Assembly: GCF_006345805.1 (NCBI RefSeq)
Contig: NC_043022.1
Coordinates: 6,820,001-6,884,000, forward strand
Origin: Octopus sinensis
Taxonomy: Eukaryota
Length of the DNA: 64,000 bases
Direction: 5' to 3'
Positions 48,804 to 61,490 of the stretch are shown piece by piece (position 1 is the first letter of the stretch; the number at the start of each line of letters is the position of its first letter). Made by a program: the position numbers and the translations under genes. The notes below the pieces were generated by a model that was given only the letters and a program-made list of their open reading frames with translations, ran no database searches and had not been told where the DNA came from.

Positions 48804-49614
48804 TCTTTTCACTGATCCTCAAAGTTAATATCAAGTCAGGGGTTAAGGTTCTGGTCGCTGCCCTTGACTGTGTTGTGTTGCATTTGGATGATTTGCCATG
48901 ATTTCTGCAGTCGGATCCCCTTCCTAATGCCAACCACTTTACAGAGTGTGTATAGGGTGCTTTTTTTCCTCATGCTTTTGGCACCATTGAGGTTAGTGTA
49001 TAGCTTGCAAGTCAACAAACCCAACGAGGGAGGATGCAGTGTCCACGTGTTAGATGGAAGATGAGGGTGGAGGTTGCAGGGGAGCAGGTTCTTGATGTGG
49101 AGGAGCAACATGGTTGCTCACATTTAGAAGAGAGAATGAAAATGGATTATAGATATCTGTGGTAATGGGGTGTCCAGGTGGCAGGAACAGGGGTTTGCGA
49201 GTGTCTATTGGGGCAGAGATAGGGGATGTGGGATCTATGGAGATGGAGGGAATAATTATAATTCTGGCTATCATCTCATTAAATGGTTGTTTAATTAGCT
49301 AAATTCCAACAGGCTTTATTTTAACTTTTTTCTAAACCTTTTTATTAAAACTGTGCGCCACGACCGGTACGTCGCGACACACTGGTGTGGAACGAGATGT
49401 AAGAGAACATAAGTGTATCGCAAGTGGAAAAAGGTTGCGGAACACTTCAGGTGGATATCAAGTGGAAGCTAGAAGTGTTCTGGTCTTTTTGCATATTATG
49501 AGACACCCAGATGAACTTATCCCAAAACAGTAATTTGTTTGATTGTGTCTTCAAATCTTGACATCTGACGAAGCAAATGCTCTACTGGGTTATTATTATC
49601 ATTATTATTATCAT

Positions 49615-50017
49615 TTCTCTTTCTCTTTTCTCTTTTACTTGTTTGACTGTGGCCATGCTGGAGCACTGCCTTTAGTCGAGCAACTCGACCCCGGGACTTA
49701 TTCTTTGTAAGCCCAGTACTTATTCTATCGGTCTCTTTTGCCGAACCGCTAAGTGACGGAGACGTAAACACACCAGCATCGGTCGTCAAGCAATGCTAGG
49801 GGGACAAACACAGACACACAAACACACACACGCATATATATATATATACATATATACGACAGGCTTCTTTCAGTTTCCGTCTACCAAATCCACTCACAGG
49901 GCTTTGGTCGGCCCGGGGCTATAGCAGAAGACACTTGCCCAAGATGCCACGCAGTGGGACTGAACCCAGAACCATGTGGTTGGTAAGCAAGCTACTTACC
50001 ACACAGCCACTCCTGCG
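49615..50017 (-). mobile_element. SINE family A
   Basis: Reverse-complement match to 46655-47076. Confidence 0.92.
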
Positions 50018-50149
50018 CTCATTATTAATATTATCATTATTATTATCATTATTATTATTACACATTTCTATATAGTATAATAAATAAAAATATTGTCCAT
50101 TTACCAAAACAACTTGACCCCTCCTCTCTTCATTTGAATTATTACTGTT

Positions 50150-50370
50150 ATCATCATCATAGTATGTCTACTTTCCATGCTGGCATAGGCCGGATAGTTT
50201 GACCAGAGATGGTGAGGCCAGGGGCCTTACCAGGCTCCATTGTCTGTTCTGGCATGCCTTCTATGGCTGGATGCCCTTCCTAACACCAACCACTCCACAG
50301 AGTGTACTGGGTGCTTTTAATGTGGCACCATCACCAGTGCTTTGTATGTGGCACTATCACCAGTATTGAT
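50150..50370 (-). mobile_element. Diverged RTE 3' end containing about 2 copies of the 26-bp satellite unit
   Basis: (CAT)n at ~50150, ggatgcccttcctaacaccaaccactcc, then gtgcttttaat-gtggcaccatcaccagtgctttgtat-gtggcactatcaccagt (50311-50364). Confidence 0.85.
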
Positions 50371-50552
50371 GCTGCTGTGGTGGATGGGTCCCCTTGAGCA
50401 CATTAATGTGCCAGATATCTTGGTCCTTAGTCATCTCTTTTGTAAGGCTCACTGTCTTGAAATTGGCCTTCAATACTTTGTCCCATGTCTTCCTGGAACT
50501 CTCTTCCACAAGTTTCATCCACTTTTATTATGTGTGTGTGTGAAGGTGCATG

Positions 50553-50667
50553 GCCCAGTGGTTATGGCTTTGCACTCACAATTGCTAGGTCATGGGTTCG
50601 ATTCCCAGGCCAGGCAACGCAGTGTGTTCTTGAGCAAAACACTTCATTTTATGTTGCTCCAGTCTAC
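50553..50667 (+). mobile_element. Old tRNA-headed SINE fragment
   Basis: tggcccagtgg (A box) and gggttcgattccc (B box), then gtgttcttgagcaaaacacttc. Confidence 0.6.
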
Positions 50668-51198
50668 TAACCCTCTGACAGAAAGGCCTTCTGGTCAGGG
50701 GGAAGTGCACTGTGACCAGCGATATATAACATCTGATAGTCTGGTTGACGTTTTTAGGTGAGGAGGATTAGAAATGTAAAGTGAACTTACGAGTATGAGT
50801 TTTTCTGATAGCTTTTTTTTTTGATAAACTTCCATTTAATGAGGTTGTGTTGCCTGTTGCTTCTCATAATTGTTTGCTTGAATCTGTTCAGAGTGTCTCT
50901 CATATATTTTACAGCACAAAGAAAACCTTCTGTCCGTTTTTGTATTGAGAACTCTGTGACAAGGAATATATGTCAGCTTTAGATTTTAATCTCTGTATAC
51001 ATCTGTATACCTACACACATCCATACATACATATATTCATACATACATACACAGATATATGGGTGTGTGTATATATATATGTATATGTTTGGGTGTGTGT
51101 GTATGTATGTATATATGTAATACATATATATACATACATATGTATAGGTGTGTGTATGGATATACATACATATATATATATATATATGGGTGTGTGTG

Positions 51199-51238
<40 letters not shown>

Positions 51239-51661
51239 GATGCATGTGCACACCCGTATTTAGTTTGTCATTGTTGAATTAACAAGAAACAGGTTATGAT
51301 AATTCACAAATTGCTCAACCCACCCAGCCCATCCTGTCACCTATATTCATGGGTTTGTTGTTGTGTGTGTGTGTCCGTGTGTCCACACACACATATATAT
51401 ATGTGTGAATTACGTGATTCTATGTGTAATGTAGTTAATTAAGAGCAATGATTTACTGAATGACATGACATAAGCAAATAACTTAAACTAAACTGGAATT
51501 TCCTTATTGGAGAAAGAAACCAAATGCCTAGCGGTAATTGGTAATGACTCAAAGAAAAGGGGAGATAATTAGAAAATTAATTTCACCCAACTAATTTTCA
51601 TTTTCCTGACGAGGAGAAAACGCTGTTGCCTATTTTGACTGAGAATGTATTTATTTCAAAT

Positions 51662-51830
51662 GCGGGCATGGCTGTGTGGTTAGGGAGCTTGCTTCCTAGC
51701 TACATGGTTTCGGGTTCAGTCCCACTGCATGGCACTTTGGGTAGGTGTCTTCCACTATAGCCTCAAGCCGACCGGAGCTTTGTGATTGAATTCGGTAGGT
51801 GGAAGTTACTGCCGTGTGTGTATGTGTGCG
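51662..51830 (+). mobile_element. SINE family A, old 5' fragment
   Basis: ggcatggctgtgtggttag..gggttcagtcccactgc..ctatagcctc. Confidence 0.7.
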
Positions 51831-52084
51831 TATAGCTGCTCAGTGCCTCTCCGAAAGAGAGAGAGGGATTGGTAGAATTCCTGATTGCTGGAATTGTTGT
51901 TAATTCTGGCACAAGGCTGGAGATTTATTTTTAAGTCAGTTGCACTGGACCCCAGTATTCAACTGGTAATTATTTTATGAATCCTGGGAAAATGGAAAGC
52001 AAAGTTGACCTGAGTGGAATTTGAACTCAGAATAAAAAGAGCCAGTTGAACTGTGCTAGGCAATTAGTTTGGGTGGATAATGAT

Positions 52085-52432
52085 TTTGCCATCTCAGCCT
52101 CGTCTGGCACCTGTGTCGGTGGGACATAAAAAAACACCATCCGAGCGTGGCCGTTCGCCACTCGTCTGGCCCTGTGTTGGTCGCACATAAAAAAACACCA
52201 TCCGAGCATGGTGTTCGCCAGCCTCGTCTGGACACTGTGTCGGTGGCACCATAAAAAATCACCCACTACACTCTCGGAGTGGTTGGAGTTAGGAAGGGCA
52301 TCCAGCTGTAGAAACACTGCCAGATCTGACTGGCCTGGTGCAGCTTCGGGCTCCCCAGACCCCAGTTGAACCGTCCAACCCATGCTAGCATGGAAAGCGG
52401 ACGTAAATGATGATGATGATGATGATGATGAT
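52085..52432 (+). mobile_element. RTE 3' end with about 3 ~60-bp units and (GAT)n tail; a second older tail follows at ~52575-52740
   Basis: acataaaaaaacaccatccgagc repeats, ccatgctagcatgg and (GAT)n. Confidence 0.87.
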
Positions 52433-53034
52433 CACCTTGAGATGTAAATAGAATCAATAATTATTTGTGACCGAAGCAGTTTTAATACCAAACCCCAAGT
52501 AACACAGTTGCCATTCTTCCATACAAGCTTGTCTTTTAGAGGTGCCTGTGCCACGGAAAATGCACTTGTGACACTGCTGCAATGATGCACCCATGCCAGT
52601 GGCATGTAAAAAGCATCCAGTACACTCTGTGAAGTGGTTGGCATTCGGAAGGGCATCTAGCTGTGGAAACCATACCACGAGAAACTTCCAGCCCTGGCCA
52701 ACATGGAAAGAAGACATTAAACGATGGTGATGATGTTGATTTAAAAGTGCATGTTGTGTTAGAACACAGAATACTACAAGGGTTACTGTGGGAGAACCTC
52801 TCAGGACCTCCGTAATGCCATGATGGACCGTGAAGTCTGGCGTAGCATGGTAAATTCCATTGTCGAACAATGATGATGATGAGTTACATCGTTTTGCGTT
52901 CTGAGTTCAATCCCACCAAGGTCGATCGACCTTACCTTTCTCCCACCTGATATCGATATATCATCATCAACCTCAAGACATTATTCTCTCATGTCCTAGG
53001 ACTGGTTGGGCCGCTTACAAGCTTCCCATGGTGT

Positions 53035-53140
53035 AAGGCGAGCTGGCAGAAACGTTAGCACGCTGGGAGAAATGCTTAGCGGTATTTCGTCTGCCGCTAC
53101 GTTGTGAGTTCAAAATCCGCCGAGGTCGACTTTGCCTTGC
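53035..53140 (+). mobile_element. SINE family B, 5' portion
   Basis: aaggcgagctggcagaaacgttagcacg..gagttcaaaatccgccgaggtcgactttgcct matches 30830-30932 (minus). Confidence 0.88.
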
Positions 53141-54254
53141 CTGCCTTGCCAGATGGACTTGAGGTGCATATAAACCCTCTCATTTACATTGTTGGTGGGA
53201 GCAGTGTTGATGGTGGCATTAACTTTCCTGCCAGCGATGTAAACAAGAATGTTTATATGCACCGAAAGCCAATAGAAGAGTTTCTCTCATGGTAACCACT
53301 GCAGTATTGCTCGTTCCAACACAACATCCACTTTTAAGCAGGGATAAATATTACTTTTTATAAATATAGTCCTTTCTACCACATGCACAAGGCCTGAAAT
53401 TTTGCAGGGAAGGGGGCTTATTTGTCACAGCTACCCCAGTGTTCAAATGGTATTTATTTTATTGACCCTGAAAAATGAAAGGCAAAGTTGACCTTGGTGG
53501 AATTTGTGCCTTGTAGGGAGACTGATTCTGTAGGATAACAGGGTCCCCCCATAAAATTGGTGTGTCATGAATTGATACCATCTCATAAATTTCTATCTTG
53601 CTAGGCTGTGCATCAGCAGACTCAGTAGAGCATCAGACAAAATTCCTCGTGGTATTTAGTGTGGCTTTTCACTTTCTGAGTTCAAATCCTATTAAAGAGC
53701 TCGATGAAATGTTTCTAAGCATTTTGTCCAGCGTGCTAATGACTCTGCCAGTTCTCCACGTTCACCAATAATAAACATTATCCTTTCTGCTATAGGCATG
53801 AGGGAACTGACAATTTGGAAGGAGAGGACTGGTCGAATTCATCGACTCCCGTGTTTCACTGGTACTTAATTTATCAACCCTAAGAGGATGAAAGAATACT
53901 AATCTACTATAATAATACTCTTGTTTTTCTCCATCACAATATATGAATAAGGAAGGAAGGAAGGAAGGGGCGATGGCTAACTGGTAGTGGGAGCATTTCA
54001 ACTCTGAGTGAGTACATGTGTGTGTATGTAAAAGAGAGGTATGTGAATGTTTGTGTGTGCAATGGAAGTGGGATGGTGAACATTCAATGCGGAAAAGAAA
54101 ACTCAAACAGCGTTTCACCTCTGTGTGTGTATGTGTGTTTGTGTACAAGGGAAATATGTGAATGTGTGTATGTGTGTATGTGTGAACAAGTGTTCTTTCA
54201 GTAACAAACGGTGATCGATGTCACATCTCAAAAGACAACCACTAAATAACATTG

Positions 54255-54362
54255 ACAAGATCAGACCGGAGCATGGTGCAGCCTTCTGGCTTCCCCAGAC
54301 CCCGGTTGAACTGTCCAACCCATGCTTGCATAGAAAACAGACGTTAAACGATGATGATGATG
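54255..54362 (+). mobile_element. RTE 3' end fragment with (GAT)n tail
   Basis: ggtgcagccttctggcttcc..ccaacccatgc..gttaaacgatgatgatg. Confidence 0.85.
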
Positions 54363-54382
54363 TGTATTAATTTGATTTACCA

Positions 54383-54756
54383 TCCATATTTTTATATATA
54401 AAAGTGAAGTTGTGTGAGTGTCTGTCTCCTACGATTTAGATTCCTACTACTCCCACATTTTGCGGTGCAGTCGTGATTCATATCGAGCCCTTCTGGTATT
54501 AGCGCGTGTCTACGATGAGTCTACGATTTTAAAATAATTTACCATAATTTTTTTCCATTTAATCATTTTTTTCGCTATTATATAAGGAAAGTAACTCTCT
54601 AAAAATGTCTACGATGAGTCAACGATTTAAAAAAATTTACCATAATTTTTTTCCATTTTTATGCATTTTTTTGCTATTTTTTGGCTATAACTCTCTAAAA
54701 ATGCTTATATAGTTATTTCCCTTACAAACCCGAGCAACGCCGGGCAATACTGCTAG
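54383..54756 (+). mobile_element. Non-autonomous Helitron
   Basis: 3' hairpin cccgagcaacgccggg (54729-54744) then CTAG|T (54753-54757). The plausible 5' end is A|TC followed by tatatataaaag. There is an internal ~70-bp duplication. Confidence 0.75.
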
Positions 54757-55735
54757 TATATTAATAAAATACTACAATTAACTGTCATTTTTGATAGCAC
54801 GAGGGGGGGGGGGCTAGTGACTATAATAAAAAGCAGGTTATTGTTGGTTGTGATGGTGGCAGTCCTGGTCTCCCTGGGGTTTTCCTTGTGTCCTTAGTTA
54901 AACCCAAGGCCACCAATGAAGGTGGAGGGCAGTACTTGTTGATTTAATGAGGTTGATTAATCAGCAGTGTTGTTCTTTTAATTAACCTTGTTATTTGACT
55001 AACGCTAATGAGTGGAACCCTTTCAGTGCTTGATGAATATGCTAGAAATAACAGTCAAATTTCTGCCTCCCCCCATGGCCATCCTGCCTCCTCCTCACGA
55101 ACCATCTTTGTTAATTAAAAGGACATAGTTTAATGGTTTATTTTGAAGATTATCTCATTATGGTTGGATTATCATAAATCTGTTCGATCGGGGCTTAATG
55201 GGGAGGGGGCTGATGATGATAATAATAATAGTAGTAATAATAATAACAATGATAATAACACTTGGTAATTATTTTTATTGATCCCTGGAGGGGTGAAAAA
55301 GTCAATTCGATCTCTGGTTGGATTTGAACTTAAATACTAGAGAAGATTTAACTACCCTCCCCTCTTAAAGATATTTAATGAGAACAAAACAAAAGAAGAA
55401 AGAGAAAAAAAGCAAAAAACAAAAAAAAGAACAAAAAAATCCTCTTTTCTGTAAGAAATTCTTGGTTTTTTGGTTGGAAATGTTATCTTTTCTGGTCAGA
55501 ACAAAATGGTTTTTGAAAGATTGCTTTCTTATCTTCTTCTCTGAAGGAGAAAATGGTGAGTCTTCTCAATGGAAATGGCTCTGTGGGAGTGTGTGTGTGT
55601 GTATGTGTATTTGTGTGTATGTATGTTTGTGTGTGTGTATATAAGTATTTGTGCATGTCTGTATTTGTGTGTATATTCATGTGTATTTGTGTGTATATAC
55701 ATATATATATATATCTGTGTGTGTGTGTGTTTCTG

Positions 55736-55768
<33 letters not shown>

Positions 55769-56454
55769 ATGTATTTGTATGTTTGTATTTGTGTATATTT
55801 GTGTGTGTGTGTGTGTGTATATATTCATGTGTATTTGTGTGTATATACTATATATATATAATATGTTTGTGTGTGTGTTTCTGTATATATATATGTTGTG
55901 TTTCGTGTGTGTGTGTGTTTGCGTGTGTGTGTGTGTTTGCGTGTGTGTGTGTGTATGTATTTGTATGTTTGTATTTGTGTATATTTGTGTGTGTCTGTGT
56001 GTTGTGGTTATTGTCAGTGGAGGAAACAGTGAAGTAGATTTACTGTGAAAGAGGAATTTTTTTTTGTTTTTGGTTTCCAGTAACAACAGTGCCACCACCA
56101 CCACCACCACTAACAACAACAACAACAACACCAGCCTAAATTAGAAACATATGTCTTGTTATTATTCTTGTTATCTTTATTCTCTTTCATTTTTTCTCCC
56201 ATAGAACACAGTTCAAAATATATTCTCTATTATTCTTACAAGACAATTCCAAACGGCCCCTTCCCACAAAACACTCATGGAACCTTCTTTGTTCTTCTCT
56301 TCTTTCTATTCTGTTGTTATTTTCTATTTCTTTCTGTTGTGTAAAACAAAAATTTCTTCACAATTTCCATCCCATTACTTTCCTCTCTTATTCTAATTCC
56401 ATTCCCATCTTGGATGTCTTCTCGCAGACATTGTTAACCCTTTCGTGGTATCCT

Positions 56455-57170
56455 CTCATGTCCTAGCTTCCTGTCTTGCTTCAGTTCCCTATTCCCCCCC
56501 TCTCTCTGTCTTGCCCTAGTTCCCTCTTTTGTCCTGGGTCCCTGTCTTGCCCCAGCTCTCTATTTTGTCCCCTCTCTCCCTGTCTTGCCCTAGCTTCCTC
56601 TCTTGTCCTGGCTCCTTGTCTTGCCCCAGCTCCCTATTTTGCCCTCTCTTTTTCTCTCTTGTCCTAGCTTCCTGTCTTGCTCCAGTTCCCTATTCCCCCC
56701 TCTCTCTGTCTTGCCCTAGCTCCCTCTTTTGTCCTGGGTCCCTGTCTTGCCCCAGCTCTCTATTTTGTCCCCTCTCTCCCAGTCTTGCCCTAGCTTCCTC
56801 TCTTGTCCTGGGTCCCTGTCTTGCCCCAGCTCTCTATTTTGTCCCCTCTCTCCCTGTCTTGCCCTAGCTTCCTCTCTTGTCCTGGGTCCCTGTCTTGCCC
56901 CAGCTCTCTATTTTGTCCCCTCTCTCCCTGTCTTGCCCTAGCTCCCTCTCTTGTCCTGGCTCCCTGTCTTGCCCCAGCTCCCTATTTTGCCCTCTCTTTT
57001 TCTCCCTGTCTTGCCCTACTCCCTCTATTATCCTAGCTCCCTATCTTGCTCCAGCTCCCTATTTTGCCCCCCCCCTTCTGTCTTGTCCCCTCTCTCCCTC
57101 TCTTGCCATAGCTCCCTCTCTTGTCCCCGGCTCCCTTTCTTGTCCCAGCTCCCTAATTACCCTCTCCTCT
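56455..57170. repeat. Pyrimidine-rich minisatellite: ~18-bp subunits arranged in a 74-bp higher-order unit
   Basis: Identical ORF starts at 56729, 56803 and 56877 and a near-identical one at 56951 (74-bp period). Subunits are tcttgccctagcttcctc / tcttgtcctgggtccctg / tcttgccccagctctcta / ttttgtcccctctctccctg. Confidence 0.93.
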
Positions 57171-57279
57171 CCACTTCCCATCAGTCCCAAAGCCCCTCCT
57201 GGCTGTAGTCAGTGTTTAGTTTCAACGTTGCACACCTCTGAGAATGATGGGACGACATCCATGGAGTTATCTCTTTTAT

Positions 57280-57619
57280 ATTCTTACTTGTTTCAGTTAT
57301 TATTCTTTTGTAAGCCCAGTACTTATTCTATTGGTCCCTTTTGCCGAACCACTAAGTAACGGAGACATAAACACACCAGCATCAGTTGTCAAGCAATGCT
57401 AGGGGGACAAACACAGACACACAAACACACACATGCATATATATATATACATATATACGACGGGCTTCTTTCAGTTTCCATCTACCAAATCCACTCACAA
57501 GGCTTTGGTCGGCCCGAGGCTATAGTAGAAGACACTTGCCCAAGGTTCCACGCAGTGGGACTGAACCCGGAACTATGTGGTTGGTAAACAAGCTACTTAC
57601 CACACAGCCACTCCTGCAC
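57280..57619 (-). mobile_element. SINE family A (internal deletion near the tail)
   Basis: Reverse-complement match to 46655-47076. Confidence 0.9.
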
Positions 57620-57691
57620 CTATATATGTATGTATATGTATGTATATGTATATATATGTATATGTATGTATATGTATGTATGTATATATAC

Positions 57692-57731
<40 letters not shown>

Positions 57732-58055
57732 ATATTTAGGAATGGTCATTTTGCCAGTTTAGCCAATAAAAATACATGCAATATATATTTGGTGTTACTT
57801 TGCTTCAGCGTTATTTATTTTTTACATTAATCTTAATCTTATTTCGGCCAGAGTTCTTTCGTCACACTCCTGTGACCTCATCAGTGGTCCTTTGCTTTCT
57901 TCTTTCTTATTTGTGTGTCTCTCCTTACTAACCGTCAGTTATTTTGTATTTCTATTATATGTGTCTTCATTTGCGCATGCGTATATCTCTATGTGTGTCT
58001 ATGTTTAGTTAGTGTGTGTGTGGGGGGAAATGCCTGTAATATTTGTATCTCCTGT

Positions 58056-58086
<31 letters not shown>

Positions 58087-58289
58087 GATATATATTTATC
58101 AGATGCCATGAAGATTGTTAGCCACTCACACATTTTTTACTCTCCTTGTTTTCTGTGTCCTTTTCTGTAGAAGAGCGTAGGCTCGTAACGTAAAAGACTT
58201 TTTCTATTCCTGAGCGTTATACTAATACATCTGTTTTGTTTTTATACCACCTGTCCTTGTCTTCTGTTGTTTATTTCGTAAACTCTCCC

Positions 58290-58362
58290 TATATATATGT
58301 AATATATATACATATCTTATATATATATATACACACATATACATACATACATACATACATAT

Positions 58363-58413
<51 letters not shown>

Positions 58414-58439
58414 TATAATATATATATATATATACATAC

Positions 58440-58472
<33 letters not shown>

Positions 58473-58671
58473 CATACATATATATACATATATATATATA
58501 TATATACATACATATATATACATATATATATATATATATACATACATATATATACATATATATATATATATATACATACATATATATACCTATATATATA
58601 TATAATATGTATACATACATATATATATATATATAGTAATATATATATATATATACACACCTATACCTATG

Positions 58672-58702
<31 letters not shown>

Positions 58703-58756
58703 CTATACCTATGTATATATATAATAATATATATATACACACACCTATACCTATGG

Positions 58757-58787
<31 letters not shown>

Positions 58788-58932
58788 TATAAGTATACAT
58801 ATATCGTATATATATATATATATACACACCTATACCTATGTATCTATGTATACATATATATAATACACACCTATACTAGGTATATATATACATATATATA
58901 TATATTATATATATATACATATATATATATAT

Positions 58933-58983
<51 letters not shown>

Positions 58984-59010
58984 TTTATGTATATATTGTA
59001 TATACATATG
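58290..59010. repeat. (TA)n/(TACA)n microsatellite
   Basis: Directly visible. Confidence 0.95.
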
Positions 59011-59342
59011 TATGTATATAATATTGAGAAGGGTGTTGTAGTTTGCTTGATATAGAAGTAAATGAGCAAAATAATAAAGACAGCAATGTTGTAACAATGG
59101 GAAAGTACAAAGTCAAGTAACCTTTCTAGATTTGAGACAACCCAAATGGCAGGATCTCCATAAACTCACATTTCTAAGCCATTCGCTTCGGATGATGGGT
59201 CTTTTTATGCCTGAAATATTATAAAGGTTAACTTCACTCACCCTTTTTGCATTCTTAGATCTTCTCTCTCCTCATTGTTTGTTATTTTATTTTTTCTAAA
59301 TTGCGACCATACTGGGGCACCACCTTCAAAAATTTTTAGTTG

Positions 59343-59657
59343 AATGGCACGTAAAAAGCACCATCCGTTCGTGTCCGTTGCCAGCTTCGCCTGGCCCCTG
59401 TGCCGGTGGCACATAAAAAGCACCATCCGTTCGTGGCCGTTTGCCAGCTCTGTCTGGCACCTGTGCGGGTGGCACATAAAAAGCACCCACTACACTCACG
59501 GAGTGGTTGGCGTTAGGAAGGGCATCCAGCCGTAGAAACACTGCCAGATCTGACTGGGCCTGATGAAGCCTTCTGGCTTCACAGACCCCAGTTGAACTGT
59601 CCAACCCATGCTAGCATGGAAAACGGACGCTAAACGATGATGATGATGATGATGATG
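59343..59657 (+). mobile_element. RTE 3' end with two 62-bp units and (GAT)n tail
   Basis: Nearly identical to the reverse complement of 27200-27470. Confidence 0.92.
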
Positions 59658-60114
59658 AATTAGTCCCAGCATTTAAAAAAAAAAGTTTGATACTTATTTT
59701 ATCTGTTTCTTTTACTGAACTGCTAAGTTATAGGGATGTAAACACACCAACACCGGTTGTCAAGTGGTTGTAGAGGACAAACACAGGCACGAAAACACAC
59801 ACTCGTATACACTATCAGCTTATTTCAGTTTCCATCTACCAAACCCACAGTGGGATTGAACCCAGAACCATGTGCTTGGGAAGCAAACTTCTTACCACAC
59901 AGTCATACCTGCACCTCTGTTAATCCCTACACATCTTTTCCTCTCCAATATTTTTTGCCTCTCAATCCATTCTTGTCAAAGAGCATAGGCTCGAAACGTA
60001 AAAGACTTTACCATCCTTCCTGATTGTCAGACTAATACACCTGCTTCTTGTTCCTTAACCAGTCTTCATCTTTTGTTTTCTGTAAATTTGAACTAATATA
60101 TACTCTGTTCTCTG

Positions 60115-60513
60115 TTACTCTGTTACTTGTTTCAGTCATTTGACTGCGGCCATGCTGGAGCACCGCCTTTAGTCGAGCAAATCGACCCCGGGACTTATTC
60201 TTGGTAAGCCCAGTACTTATTCTATCGGTCTCTTTTGCCGAACCGTTAAGTAACGGGCACGTAAACACACCAGCATCGGTCGTCAAGCAATGCTAGGGGG
60301 ACAAACACAGACACACAAACACATACATATATATATATATATACATATATATGACAGGCTTCTTTCAGTTTCCGTCTACCAAATCCACTCACAAGGCATT
60401 GGTCGGCCCGGGGCTATAGCAGAAGACACTTGCCCAAGATGCTACGCAGTGGGACTGAACCCGTAACCATGTGGTTGGTTAGCAAGCTACTTACCACACA
60501 GCCACTCCTGCGC
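60115..60513 (-). mobile_element. SINE family A
   Basis: Reverse-complement match to 46655-47076. Confidence 0.92.
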
Positions 60514-60526
60514 CTATATACATATA

Positions 60527-60710
60527 TATCATCATCATCAACATCATTTAACATTCCTTTTTCCATGCTGGCATGGGTTGGACGGTTTGACAAGAGACAA
60601 GCCAGAAGGCTCCACCAGGTTCTGTGTGTCCTTTGGCATGGTTTCTATGTCTGGATGCCCTTCCAAATGCCAACCACTTTAATACAGAGTGTACTGGGTG
60701 CATTTTAATG
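60527..60710 (-). mobile_element. Old RTE 3' end
   Basis: (CAT)n, ccatgctggcatggg and ggatgcccttcc..ccaaccact. Confidence 0.75.
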
Positions 60711-60805
60711 GCACTAGCTGGGTATAGACTGGAGAAAAGAATTATAATAGAAGAAGAGCAAGTGTCTTACTGAAGAGGTGACTACAGGACTTGCCCACCT
60801 GGAAA

Positions 60806-60840
<35 letters not shown>

Positions 60841-61027
60841 TCGTGTGGTCCAGGTACCCTAATTTCATAGAAATTTGAACAATAGATATAAGACCCAAGT
60901 TAAAAAGATTCCCAACAATTCAACTTCTCTGGTTGACTTTAAGACACCCCTCCCACCCCAATAGGAGCCTTAACTCCCACATTTTAGAGCTCCATGGCCT
61001 CCATTTTTCAGGAGCAAAATCCTTTAA

Positions 61028-61248
61028 CCCTTTAGTGTTCGCATTATTCTGCCAAAATGAATGCTTTTTTATCCACATTGTTTTGAACTAATCATGCATT
61101 ATCTTGTAGCTATGAGATTTTGATGAGGTAGCTGTTAATTTTTAAAACGATATTGTAGGGTTGGTGTGAGAGACCAGATCTGGCCAGTTTGAGCATAAAA
61201 CAGGCAGAATACTTTTGGCTGGATATGGCCGGTTTAAATGCTAAAGGG
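61028..61248 (+). mobile_element. piggyBac-like MITE (221 bp) with TTAA target duplication
   Basis: TTAA(61024-61027)|CCCTTTAG..CTAAAGGG|TTAA(61249-61252): perfect 8-bp TIRs starting CCC. Confidence 0.85.
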
Positions 61249-61490
61249 TTAAACAGGTTCCATAAGATTTGAATTTTGGAATCTGGGCATAAAGGTGAGT
61301 AGTATGGGGTAAACGTGTCATGATTAGAAATTTTGTTAGGGTGTGTAAAGAGGGAAAGAACCCTCATTAAAATTCTTCATCTGCAATTTTGATGAAATTT
61401 GAATCATAGATATTCCAGTTCATTAGAGAAAATATAAAAGAAAAGTCTAATTCTTCAATTCTATGTGACACAGGCAATGCTGGGTATCTT

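Noticed and set aside
57840-57890. Hammerhead core on the minus strand (CTGATGA-GGTCA..TGGCC-GAAA)
   Set aside because: The core and stem II look intact, but I could not find stem I or stem III partners, so it was not called as a ribozyme.
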